Origin: Nitrospirota bacterium
Lineage (GTDB): Bacteria; Nitrospirota; Nitrospiria; Nitrospirales; Nitrospiraceae
Reading direction: 5' to 3'
DNA length: 64,000 nucleotides
NCBI GenBank assembly: GCA_963729585.1
Contig: CAVSOJ010000017.1
Location: 4-64,003 of the forward strand
Below the pieces are notes generated by a model, which did not search any database, was not told where the DNA came from, and worked only from the letters and a program-made list of their open reading frames with translations. Made by a program: the position numbers and the translations under genes. Below are positions 49,020 to 60,191 of the stretch, one piece after another (positions within the stretch are counted from its first letter, which is position 1; the number at the start of each line of letters is the position of its first letter).

Positions 49020-50397
49020 TTACATGCGATCATTGACCAAAGGAGGCTTCACCATTTGATCAGGCCACTCAAGTCCGTCATAAGCTGATCGAATGCGGGA
49101 TCGATAGACTCGAAATTTCCCGTTTGCGTCCATCGGGATTTCCGGTACGAGATCTACCCGGAACTGCACGTCCGGGCCGACCAACTCGACGACTGGTTGA
49201 ACCAACGCTGCCATCTCCTGGGTGGACGGTCTATGAAACGGGACCACTCTCATCACGATAGAATCCAAGCCCTCCTGGGTAACTTGAAACTCTCGAATCC
49301 AGGGAACCTTAATGATCCCGAGTTCATATGGATGGACAACCCTGTTGCCGGGAAGCACGAAATAGTCGATCATGCGTCCTTGGATCGATCGAATTGTCGA
49401 GAACGGTTGTCCGCATCGGCAGGTCGATTTCCCTTGGTCACCAGATCCCCGAGCCGATATCGGATCAACGGCATCGCAAACGAATGCAAATCGGTCCCGA
49501 CGACTTCCCCGCTCTCGCCTTCGTTGACAGGACGATCCCCTTGATAACTTCCAGAATCATCCCGTCATCGCAACAATGCAGATCACCCGTCCTCGCGCAC
49601 TGCCAGGCAAGAAGGTTAAATTCGCTACTTCCATAGGTGTCATAGACTGGCACGGAGAATCCGTCCTGAATCTGCTGACGCATGAGGGGAGTGAGTACTT
49701 CTCCGCCGGTACTCACAAAGCGTAGCCTGAGTAATCGCAGTTCATCGCTACTAACTGTCTGCGCGATTCTGGCCAACACGCCGGGATAGCCCGATACGAC
49801 AGCGGGCCTGAACTGGTGCAAAGCCCGAACAATCTCCTCGGGTGATAGTAGGCAGTTGACTACCATTTGCCGAGCAATCCCGAACGTGGCCAGGATGCGC
49901 TGGACTATTTGGTGATCCTGCGGTCGGTGACTCCGCAGTCCCATCACAATACAATGCTTGTCGCTCGCTCGGAGACCCAGCGACCGGAGCGCACGTAACC
50001 GGAACACCCCATGCAGGCGCTCCTCCAGCCAAGTCCGGCGCACGGTGAACGGCCTCCCGGATGACCCACTTGAAGCACGAGTGATTAGACATTCCGGATT
50101 CACATGTCGGGCGACTATCTCTTCGACCGGTAAACTTTGCAAATCACTCCTAGAAGTAATGGGCACGGCAGCAAGATCCTGGACCGCTCTGATGTCGTGG
50201 GGTTTCAGTTTATGTCGATCAAAGAGCTCGCGGTAATAGGCCACATTGCGATAGGCATGTTCGACTAACCGGCGAAGACGTTCATTTTGAAAGGCAACGA
50301 GCTGCTCCCGTCCGACATGCGGATGGCGCAGCATGGAATAGAGCGTCGATACAGGGTTGAGATGAGACATACTCGTCCCTTTCATGATGGGCGACAC
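49020..50397 (-). pseudogene. PaaK/coenzyme-F390-synthetase-like adenylate-forming ligase B (two frameshifts)
   Basis: YYRELFDRHKLKPHDI..LPITSRSDL, SSGSSGRPF, YPGVLARIA, YGSSEF. The middle segment [33 protein letters not shown] reads in a third frame. Breaks are at the C-runs 49537..49540 and 49431..49433. Confidence 0.8.
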
Positions 50398-52270
50398 CCT
50401 TGAACAAATAAGTCATCCCATAGTTGGACGCTGAGGACACCGAGCAACTCTTTTCCGAAATGCGCCTTGCCATGTTGATGCTGTTCAAGCATGTGTCGAA
50501 CATGCTGAGGATTGAAGTAGCCTTTCGTGTGAAGCCTGCTCTCGGACAAGGCGTCTTCGACAAATTCAGGCAGACGACGTTGCCATGGCCAGAATGGAGC
50601 GGAAAGGCCGCGCTTCCTGCGTTTCAGGATTTCCGTGGGTAAGACACCTTCCAGAGCCCGGCGGAGAATATGCTTTTCATGAAGCCCACGCATTTTCAGG
50701 TTGGGTGGAATCTGGCTGCACAATTCGACAAATTCATGATCGAGGAACGGCACACGTGCCTCCAGGCCATACGCCATGGAAGCAGCGTCCAGGGTTCTCG
50801 TGATGTAGTCCGAGAGGCGCGAATTGATTTCGAGGTACTGCAGTTGAGCAAAACGTCGCCATCGTTCAAAATCTTCAGGAAGACGGAGTTGTTGCTCTGT
50901 ATCGGTGAGAAGACTGTGGTTGTATCTGAGATGTTCGGAAAAGAGGTTATCGTGGCTCTTATCGGATGCGTTATCGATAATCCGTGTGTATCGGGCGAGG
51001 CCCATCTTGGCAGGAGCGGCGAATGCCCGGCTTGATCGAGACCATTTGTTCCTCAGGAACGGGATGCTTGCGATAAGGCGACGCAAACTGAGTGGAAGGT
51101 TGATGAACGGCTGAAGCAACCGTTCGACACGGTACCAATGATAGCCGCCAAAGATCTCATCCGATCCCTCACCGGTCAGGACAACTTTCACCTGCTGCGC
51201 AGCTAACTTGGCGAGCAACATATGGGGGATGCCCCCCGCTGAGAGGTTTGGATCTTCACGATGCCAAATTACTCTCGTTAACAGTTCGAAGTCGGCGGTC
51301 GTGCAGGTGGTGATGTGGTTGAGGAGATCGTAGCCTCCGTAGTCTGAGAGAATCTTGTTCGGACCTATCTCGTTGTAGAGTGGATCTTCAAATGCCACGG
51401 AGAAAGTCTGGACAGGGTCGGTACTCGTCGGCTCATCAATCCCGTCACTGCGCTTGAATCGATTCCACTGCTCAAATAGGAACCTAACGGCACATCGCTC
51501 CGGAGGTGGAGGCGAACGGACTCTTCGAGTTTGGCGCGCACTGCGTCGGCCCACTCCTGGGGGCTTCGTCGAGGGCCTTCCTCTCCGATCGAAGGGAAGC
51601 AGAGATCCCAGTAGCGCTGGATCGTGAGACAACCGCTTTCATAGAGAAGATAGTGTGCCGGCTGAAGCCGGCGAATTGTGCTCAAGAGGGTTTTGGGCGC
51701 TAAGACAAACCCGACCGCAAACAATTCCTTCATTGCACCGGGGTCAACCTGTCGTTCGATACAACCGCTGGCGAGAATGGCTTTGTACTCCGACCCAAAA
51801 AGCAAAGCGTCGGGAGTGGTTGCATAGCTCAATGGCTTGATGCCGAACCGATCTCTAGCCAACATGAGCCGTCGATGACGGGAATCCCAGATAGCGAAGC
51901 TGAACATACCTCTCAGGAAATCCACACAGCGCACCCCATGGTCCTCGTACAAGTGGACGATGACTTCGACATCCGAATTGGTCCTGAAACGATGGCCGGC
52001 GGCCTGTAGGTTTCGACGCAGTTCTTGGTAGTTGTAGATTTCTCCGTTGCACACAACCGTGATAGAGCCATCTTCATTGGAAATGGGTTGATCACCGGTT
52101 TGCAGGTCGATGATGCTCAGTCGGCGGAAACCAAGACCGATGCCTGGTTCAATAAAGTACCCATCTCCATCCGGTCCACGGTGAGTCATCATGTTCGTCA
52201 TGCGATGAAGCATATCCCGGTCAACCAGCCTCTTGGGATCTGAATACACAACGCCGCACAATCCGCACAT
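50382..52270 (-). CDS. asparagine synthase (glutamine-hydrolysing) family amidotransferase (frameshifted as assembled)
   Basis: MCGLCG N-terminal nucleophile. PP-loop SSGIDSS. ORFs 51365..52270 and 50382..51632 join near 51430..51440 (..AVTGLM / EPTSTDPVQTFSVAF). Confidence 0.9.
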
Positions 52271-52303
52271 AGTTACTCCTGCTCTCGGCTGTCCCTGTTC
52301 CTC

Positions 52304-53610
52304 TTAGCCAACGCTTGCTGAAATTCGTTCGGACCCGGCTCCATTTTTGAGGGCCTGCAAATCAAAGCCGGGACACAGCTGATCGCAGTGGTCACACACA
52401 ATCGTCTTGCCACAGTGTGTCTTCCAACACCCAATCTCGCCGAATTGGGCAAAACAGATTCGTGAAAGGTGGTCCGTTGCTCGTCCCCGCAAGAGCACGA
52501 GATCCCCATGGCGAAGTTCCGATTTCAGATGCTCAGCCGCCATCAACAGATTTGCAAAAGCATGCACCCTGTCAGGGTGCATGCCTGCTGCCACGGCGGC
52601 CCTGGCCGCATGATGCGCATGATCACTCACAAATATCGCCACGTCGGCCACGCGGGAGGCTGTTCGACCCAGTTCCTTATTCCGATCACGCGCCTTCAGT
52701 GATTTCTTAGGCCAATCAGAAACATCGCTCAGGACGAGCACCCGTCTTGCTGCTTGAGCATCTCCCAAGACTTTCACGGCTGCTTGCCAGGTAACGTATG
52801 AGCCATTCAATTCATCTCGTATCATCGTTGCGCCATTGGGCAATTTGATTGGCTGCATCCGTGCCGGATATGGCACCACATTGGCTACTGCGGCAGCGGC
52901 AGCTTTCAGTGGAACTCCGCAGGCCAGCGCCCCTGCAATCCCAGCCAGCACAGAATTGGCCCAATGCCGACCGACCAGTTTCGTCTTGATCCGCTCCACT
53001 TCAGACCTTGTGTGCACGCGAAGCGTCATGGTCTCAGGCCATGTCGAGGACACTTCATCCGCCCACAGATCCTGTCCAGCCGACAGTCCGAATGTTTTCA
53101 CCTGGCATCGACGACCTGAAGCCATCAATCGAACTCTTGAATCATCGGCGTTGAGGATCGCCAACCCATTCGGTAGTACCGCATCGAGGAGAGACGATTT
53201 CTCCGCTGCAATCTCTTCAAGAGATGAAAATACTTTCGTATGGCTTCTCGCGACCGTAAGGACGACAGCCACATGAGGACGCACCAATCGAGCCGATCTC
53301 TTAATCAAACCTGGCCCGTCCGTTCCCATCTCAATGACGGCGAAGCGGTGCCACGGTCGGACCCGCAACATCGTGCGAGGCACTCCGTGGCGATCGTTTT
53401 GATTGTTCAGTGTCGAGGCTGTGCTGAACTGAGTCGACAGAATCTCGGCCATGCATTCTTTCGCAGTGGTTTTTCCACACTGCCGGTGATGGCAATGAAT
53501 GTGGTGCGAAACAGCAGGCGCCGCCACAGATATGCCAACGCATAGAGGAGCCAAAGGCGGCATGACCAGAGAAGTGCACCCACATTGATAGCGCGCGATC
53601 GATAACTCAT
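52304..53610 (-). CDS. MurF-like Mur ligase family protein with N-terminal TM segment and C-terminal Cys cluster (frameshifted as assembled)
   Basis: The P-loop FIAITGSVGKTT is restored by adding one base at 53470..53477. VIEMGTDGPG, ILNADD. C-terminal CWKTHCGKTIVCDHCDQLC. Confidence 0.8.
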
Positions 53611-54778
53611 CTCGCACCTTGATAGGTTTGCTGGGAATCAGGCCCGGCTCCGATTATGTTCAAAGATGCTCCCTCATCCATCATCGGTTGGCGACCCGAC
53701 CCAGTAAGGAGGTAGAGCCGATGTAGTCCTCCAACCCAAAGAGATCGACAGTTCTGTGACTCGTCTGCATGGAGGGCGGACAAGCGTCCTTCGTCTCGAA
53801 AGATAAGGCCCGTGTGAGAGAGGAAGTCTTTCACCACGCCGTTCATGCCATTCCAACGGACTAACAGATCGTAGTACATGTCGGACCCGTCATAGAGAGT
53901 CATCCCCCATTTGCGTTTGTACCGCAGTAATCCGTCGTGCAGCGAAGGCCGGGCGCCTCTGAAATCAACCTCCGCGCAACTCAGCTCGCGTGCATGCGCA
54001 ATGCTGTAATAATAAAGCGCCGCCATTATGCCTCTCTTGTTCAGCGGAAGTTCACCCGAAGCCAGGCCCATTGCATGCAGGTCGAGCATGTCGTTTTCCG
54101 TTCAAAGAGGATGCCTGCAAGGGGATGAGAGCCCCCGCATGATCCAGAGGATGCCGCCGTTGCGGACACGACGTTGCAATTCATGCCGGCTCTGACGAAA
54201 GCCAGCGCTCCGTGACGGGCTTGCGAGAAGGGAACATACATGGAATCGTAGAACTCGTGAAACCGTTCTTCCCCTTCGGTAACCAACGGTTGTAACTTAT
54301 GCCTGCGAACCAAGCGCATGTCCTCGCGGATACTACGGTTGCCACGCACCAACGCATCGAGATCGTCAGGAACGGCAAGCCGCGTGCCGACCCATTCGGG
54401 AACCGCGAGATAGTCCTTTCCAAAAAATTTCTGCGCCGACAATCGGTCTGCACGGACTATGGTCAGATCGGCTGACTGTTGGAATCGATCCAAGAATTCA
54501 GGTAGTGCTCTTATTCCAAGCTGACCGAGGAATTCGCGCTTTGGTTCGCCGGAAAAAAACCGCCGAGGCAAATACTGGGCCCACGGCTCATGTCCAATGA
54601 GAAGGAGCCTGCCTGATTGACCAGTTCTGTGTGTCGGACCACGCAAAAAGACAGCCGGAACCTGCCGCAACCCGGACCAGTTCAGCAGGAAGAGTCCGTG
54701 CCGCGTCACAAATTCTCGCGTTCGGTCCGGCAGGCAGAAGGTGAGATGTTCTGCAAACCTATGGACAGGTTCGGTCAT
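53607..54778 (-). pseudogene. Fem/GNAT-fold transferase-like protein, paralogue B (three frameshifts)
   Basis: Collinear with 54759..55946 over its full length. Frame changes at 54185..54190, the C-run 54132..54136 and the T-run 54094..54097. The corrected reading GILWIMRGSHPLAGILFERKNDMLDLHAMG aligns gap-free with the paralogue. Confidence 0.65.
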
Positions 54779-55946
54779 CGTTCAGACCCATCACCCTTGC
54801 CGCTGGCTTCCATCCAGCATTTTGTGCTCTAGGGATCTCTCGATACCCCGCTTCGGTCAGGCGATACCATCGTCGAAGCCCGTCAACCCACAACTCATGT
54901 TCGTTCGGAAGCTCATTCCCGATGAGCGCGGAGAATCCTCCTTTGTCCCGAAAGATCAGCGGCGTGTGTGATACAAACTCCTTCACCACCTCGTTGACTT
55001 GATCCCATCGGACGAACAGATCGTGATAGCTGTCGGTCTTGTCGTACAAGGTAGCGCCCCATTTACTCTTGTACCGCAACACACCATCAGTGAGAGTTGA
55101 ACGGCTCCCTCTGAAATCTACCGTCTGGCAGCGGCGCATCCGTGCCAGCTCGATGATGAAATAGTAGAGCGCAGCGATCGCGCCTTCTTTCATGAGCCTA
55201 GGGTCTCCATCCAGTGACCCCACCGCAAGTACGTCGAGCGTGCCTTCTTTTTCTTCAAATAGGAGCGCCGCAACACGCTGTTTGTCTCGGCGCACCCACA
55301 GAATCCCGCCGCGTCGAACCCGGTGCCGGAAGTCGTGAGCCGGCCGTACCACCAGCAATTCTCCATATCGAGCCTTCGACAACGGCAGATAGAAGGTGTG
55401 ATAGAACAAATCAAAATCCTCATCGCCAGGTGAAACAACAGGTTCATACTTATGCCGGCGAACCCGCCTCATATCCCTTTGAATGTTGCTGCTGCTTCGC
55501 ACCAAGACATCCAGGTTGTCCGGAACTGTAAGCCTTGTGCCTACCCATTCGGGTACTGCGAGATAGTCACCGCGGAAAATGGTGTGTCCCGACATGCGAT
55601 CGACACGAGCGATTGTCAAATCAGTCGACTTTTGAAACCGGGCCAAGAATCGCGGTAAAGACCGGACCGTTACCCGACCAAGTAGTTCGTGCCTTGACTC
55701 ACCAGCGAAGAACCGCTGTGGGAGATACTGCACCCAAGGATCATCTCCGGCTACGAGAAGCCGACCGACTTGGCCGGTCTTGCTCGTCGGACCATGCCAT
55801 AACGTCACGGGTACTTTCCGTAGCCCGAATCGGCTGAACAGAAAGAGCCCATCGCGGGTCAGCACCTCATGGGCCCGGTCGGGTAGCCGAGAGACGAGAT
55901 GGTCAGTGAGCTGCCGTATCGACCCGTTCATTATCGGATACTCCAC
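54759..55946 (-). CDS. Fem/GNAT-fold (Acetyltransf_6 / FemAB / MprF-C-like) transferase, paralogue A
   Basis: 395 aa. EGAIAALYYFIIELARMRRCQTVDFRGSRSTLTDGVLRYKSKWGA resembles the C-terminal GNAT lobe of Fem-type transferases. The family call is tentative. Confidence 0.6.
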   Translation of the reverse strand: MEYPIMNGSIRQLTDHLVSRLPDRAHEVLTRDGLFLFSRFGLRKVPVTLWHGPTSKTGQVGRLLVAGDDPWVQYLPQRFFAGESRHELLGRVTVRSLPRFLARFQKSTDLTIARVDRMSGHTIFRGDYLAVPEWVGTRLTVPDNLDVLVRSSSNIQRDMRRVRRHKYEPVVSPGDEDFDLFYHTFYLPLSKARYGELLVVRPAHDFRHRVRRGGILWVRRDKQRVAALLFEEKEGTLDVLAVGSLDGDPRLMKEGAIAALYYFIIELARMRRCQTVDFRGSRSTLTDGVLRYKSKWGATLYDKTDSYHDLFVRWDQVNEVVKEFVSHTPLIFRDKGGFSALIGNELPNEHELWVDGLRRWYRLTEAGYREIPRAQNAGWKPAARVMGLNDDRTCP

Positions 55947-56015
55947 ATGACATCGTTCCCAATACTGCTATCGGTCAGAGATACCAACCACGAGACTCCC
56001 GCGAATCAGGGACGG

Positions 56016-57194
56016 TCAGCGCAGGTGCGGCATGGAACACACCCTTTGCGCGATAAGATCGCCTGCCACACGATGGCCCTCGGCATTCCAATGGCCATCT
56101 CCAATCGTCGCATTCGAGAAACCATGCAAGAACACCTGGTGTTCTTCTGCATACGTAGCCGACGGCTGGACGAGACTCAACACGGCAGTGTCATGCCGTT
56201 CCGCCCACGACACGATGCGTCTATCTGGATAAAGCAGATCCTGCACTCCCAACTTTGCTGCGAGCTCTTGTCGATGCCGAGGATCCGGATGAACCTGATC
56301 CGGGTTGCTTAAGATGACCAGCAGGAACTCCGCGCCTTTCTCTCTTACCTCATCACGCATCTGAGCGATCAGCTTCTCAGTCACCTCCCATGCTTCTGTC
56401 CAGAGCCGTTCTTGCGGCTCAAGGTATTCCATTTGATCGAGTCCAATCACCGATCCAACCGCCCCAGACACCTTGTTTCGGTGATTCAGATCCGCAACAT
56501 ACGCTTGGATCTTGTATTCCGCCTCTCTCAAGACTTGCAGAACGCGCACATGCTCAAATACCTTTTGACTGAATTCGAGGTTTCGAACATAGAACGCAAG
56601 CGAATCGCGGAACGACGCATCCAGGATCAAGCGACCGTCTCTCTCTATGAAGTATGGCCGCGTCGAGTCGTTCTGTAAGACACGGGAGTTGTTCCGAATA
56701 TCGTTACCGGTGAGGAATGCAAGGATCACGAGATCAGGAGAGTATTCCCACCCCTTATGCCGCAACATCAATAATTCTTGGGCAGTGCCATAGCCCGACA
56801 CACCAAAATTCAGCACTTCAATTTGGCGGCCTGCCAAAGACCGACACCGCTGGAGGTCTTGTTCCAAGAGCGCCCAATAAGTCTGTCCGACGGGAACTTG
56901 TAGCGCTTCTGAATACGAGTCTCCGAGGATGGCGATTCGAAACGTGCCAGGCGATTTCTCTTTCTTGTGCTCACGATCTCGGAAACCTGCACTGTTGATT
57001 CGAATATAGGTGAGACCTTCTTTTTTCCACCATCCTTCAGCGTTCGGCTTAGGGGCATAGCCGACGATAGGATCAGCGATGTAGTAGTAGGGATAGGAAA
57101 TGCCGGCAAGCCTCAGACCCCCCTCCAGAATCAAGAGTCCAATAAGCCCCCCCGCGAACATCAACAAGAGATTGCCAACCCAGCGTCTGCCCAT
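56016..57194 (-). CDS. membrane-anchored SGNH/GDSL-like protein
   Basis: N-terminal TM segment. Block I ILGDSYS, block II NFGVSGYG, block III GNDI, block V DGHWN. Confidence 0.75.
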   Translation of the reverse strand: MGRRWVGNLLLMFAGGLIGLLILEGGLRLAGISYPYYYIADPIVGYAPKPNAEGWWKKEGLTYIRINSAGFRDREHKKEKSPGTFRIAILGDSYSEALQVPVGQTYWALLEQDLQRCRSLAGRQIEVLNFGVSGYGTAQELLMLRHKGWEYSPDLVILAFLTGNDIRNNSRVLQNDSTRPYFIERDGRLILDASFRDSLAFYVRNLEFSQKVFEHVRVLQVLREAEYKIQAYVADLNHRNKVSGAVGSVIGLDQMEYLEPQERLWTEAWEVTEKLIAQMRDEVREKGAEFLLVILSNPDQVHPDPRHRQELAAKLGVQDLLYPDRRIVSWAERHDTAVLSLVQPSATYAEEHQVFLHGFSNATIGDGHWNAEGHRVAGDLIAQRVCSMPHLR

Positions 57195-57263
57195 GATCTA
57201 TCCGCCAAAGATGAAGTCACTATTTCTTATTTCATTCGCAGAGAGGTTTCAGCGCCTCGCCGA

Positions 57264-58589
57264 TCATATCGACACACCCTGCTTGCACTTCGACATAACA
57301 GGCCTGAATTTGCCGGATGCCTCGGGCTCCAACGCCGTATAGTATTCGCACTCGATCACGGCGGACTCTCCAAGCAGTCGGCGCAAGTCAGCAAGAATGT
57401 CTCCGACGACCAGCCGATACGATTGATAATCCACCGTGACAAGCCTCAGCTCAAATCGCTCCGGCTTATGTTGGATAAGCTGGTATTTCATCACTTCGTT
57501 CCTCTGGCTCAACACCGCCCAAACCGCCCGAGGATGAACAAACCCTCCGTTAGAACGAAAGAGAATATCCTCTACTCTGCCTTCAAGCTCAGAAAGCAGA
57601 GGCAAGACGCGGCCACACGAGCACTTGCCAGTCGCTAAGGACGCGACATCCCCGAGACGATAGTTGAGAAGGACAGTTCCTCTGTTGACGAGATTAGAAA
57701 TCACCACCTGCCCTCTGCCTCCGGCCGGGACATCCTCGCCATTCGCGTTCATGATTCTTACATGACAGAGATCATCATGGAGATGAAAACCATGCCGAGC
57801 TTCGCAAAGAAAGCCGATCTTGAAAGCTTCTACCGCGTTGTACATTGAGAGGACTGGTACGCCGAACTCCTTCTCAATAAGCGCCTTTCCTGGATCGGTC
57901 ATACATTCCGCTCCATAGAACAGTACCCGTGGGAGATGCATCTGGGTTCCCTTGAACTTGAGGGTCTTGAAGAGCGCCTCCAAATAGGAGCCATAGCCGA
58001 CCAGGATGTCAGGCCGAAAGGAATTGATCGCGTCGACGATCTGCTCGATGGGCTGCAAGACATCTAAAAGCAGGCGTGGCCTGGAAGAAGAAGCAAACGT
58101 GTGCTTTCGATAATATTCCCAGACTTTGTTGATCGTGGACCTGGGCCGCACGATGTAAGCCTCTCTGAGCCCAAACCTTTTACCACACATAGTGAGAGAA
58201 CAGGTCTTTCCCGTTTCCCGTACGCGATGTTGGCGAGAAGCGAGTCGTGATCATGGTGAATCGTGGAGGGCTCGCCAGTGAAACCGCTCTGTCGGAAACG
58301 CGATGGAGTTCTTCCCTCGCCTCGATGTAGAGATAAAGAGGCTTGGGTTCTTACGGACTGTAGGCTTCTCCACTAAGGGAATAAGGCGAAGGTCATGGAC
58401 CGTTTTGATGCTCCGCGGATCAATACCTTCCTTTCGAAAGAGATTCTGGTAATAGGGGACTGTGTCTGCTGCGTATTTGACGATCTGTCTGAGCCTCGCA
58501 TCGCGAAGAGCCCACAACTCCTCTTCGGGTAGATAAGGAATACCTTTCTGGCCACGCAAGTTCGCACAAACCATGCCACTTCCGTGCAC
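57264..58589 (-). pseudogene. PaaK/coenzyme-F390-synthetase-like ligase A (two compensating frameshifts)
   Basis: ORFs 58251..58589 and 57264..58190 are in the same frame. The ~95 nt between them reads SGFTGEPSTIHHDHDSLLANIAYGKRERPVLS (adenylation motif) in another frame. Breaks are near 58286..58294 and 58183..58198, in AG and TG dinucleotide contexts. Confidence 0.8.
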
Positions 58590-58605
58590 CTTGTTGAGAA
58601 AATCT

Positions 58606-59481
58606 CTAATGATCGCGCGCCACGCACGGATGAATCTGCCTCTTCTCAGCTCGGACGGCGATAAAGTGCCCGGTCAGATACCGCGTTGGCCATTGCGACA
58701 TTCTTTCGAATGTCTGTAGCCAGCGCAAAAAATGTCGTTGTGCGGGAAGCTTCGCGCGTGAGCATAAGAGCTTTGCGACGAGTACGGCGATCATGCGCGG
58801 GCAGTGCAGCACCGTCGTGACATCCCTCACTTCGAAGCCTACCTCCCGCAGCAACTTCTGTAACCGCCAGGGACCGCACGTGGCGCCGACAAAGTAGGGC
58901 ACGATACCCAACCGGTTCAACAGTTTGAACGGAAGATGGTTGCGAACCGCAATGGTCGGATTCGCCAGATTATCCAGAGTCACGATGAGCTGCCCGTCCT
59001 TGCGAAGCACTCGGTGCAATTCCCGCAAACTCACAGTGATCTCCTCCAGCGTCCGGAAATGATCCAGCGTGGAATTCGACACCACAACATCGAACGACTC
59101 CCGTCGGAACGGCAGATCGCGTACATCTGCACAGGCTCCACGAGCGCTCACCTCGCCACGACAAGCCAATTGTACGTTCTTGAATGACAGATCCATCCCG
59201 ACGACACTGTGGGCGCGGGCCTGCAGGAATCGAGTGAGGCCCTCTCCCACCGCTTCATCAAACGTATCGGTCTTTAGCAACCGAGGAACTGGCTGTTCGG
59301 GAAGCCAACGAAAGAGAAGGGATTGATTGATCGCGTCACTATGTTTTCGCCAGAGCCGATCCGGGCGGGTCTTTTTCCATTCGTCCGCAATGGATTCCCA
59401 GTAGCTCGTCTCCTCAACCATCACTATGTAGCCTCCCCATCTAAACAATGGCAGTGTAGGGCGTTTAGGTCTTGCCCACAA
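58606..59481 (-). CDS. class I SAM-dependent methyltransferase
   Basis: VVGMDLS, DLPFRRESFDVVVSNSTLDHF, LRKDGQLIV (Methyltransf_11/25-like). The start may be Met 59421. Confidence 0.85.
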   Translation of the reverse strand: MWARPKRPTLPLFRWGGYIVMVEETSYWESIADEWKKTRPDRLWRKHSDAINQSLLFRWLPEQPVPRLLKTDTFDEAVGEGLTRFLQARAHSVVGMDLSFKNVQLACRGEVSARGACADVRDLPFRRESFDVVVSNSTLDHFRTLEEITVSLRELHRVLRKDGQLIVTLDNLANPTIAVRNHLPFKLLNRLGIVPYFVGATCGPWRLQKLLREVGFEVRDVTTVLHCPRMIAVLVAKLLCSRAKLPAQRHFLRWLQTFERMSQWPTRYLTGHFIAVRAEKRQIHPCVARDH

Positions 59482-59659
59482 TACCTCGCCGCTAGAGCAA
59501 GGCCCTACAGAAGAGGGGTGACTGCCCTCACCGCGTTATTTGGCATGGCCCATTGGAAACCGCATGGGATGGGATTTCCGCAATGTGTTACCAACTGAAT
59601 CAAGAGCCTGGTGGGAGGGTTGGGGAAAGAAGAACAATCAGAACTTTTCAGCCGAGAGA

Positions 59660-60005
59660 TCAGCGTGGCCGGTCGTGCGCATCACTATTGCGCAGCGAGT
59701 GATGTCTTCGATCCATCATTGCCAGGCACAGGAGCCCGATCCCGATCCAAGCCAGTTCGCGGAACCGCCGCAGCAACGCGAAGGTGATGCCGGTGACGTC
59801 GGAATAACCAAAGGCTCTCAGCAAGGCCAAATTCCCTCCGTCTTGGGCGCCGAGGCTGCCGGTAACCAAAGTGGACAAAGGACATGGCAGAAACAAGGTC
59901 TAAGCCTCCAGCGAAGACCTGCATTACGGTACGGAGAGCAATCCTGTGACCTGTCGGCGTTGTGATGGCTGTCTCGCGAGGACGACCTGCACGGAGCAGG
60001 GGCAT
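59660..60005 (-). pseudogene. UPF0104 / lysyl-PG-synthase-TM (flippase-like) C-terminal fragment
   Basis: LVTGSLGAQDGGNLALLRAFGYSDVTGITFALLRRFRELAWIGIGLL matches the family C-terminus (PGGxGxxE...R). The upstream part is in another frame, and the first ~200 codons are absent. Confidence 0.4.
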
Positions 60006-60191
60006 CCTGCCAAGCGCAGCGGCCGTCCATTTTTCTCCTTACTAGGGTTGGGCCACTAAGCCAACCGCGGCCGACTCGTGCCAGTACGTTGGGTCAAGAA
60101 CCCCTGTGTGAGTGCATCAACCAATGTGGTGAAAACAAAAGACTTTCTCTGGAGGCAAGATAGGATTCACAAACAACTGGTTTTGAGTTTG

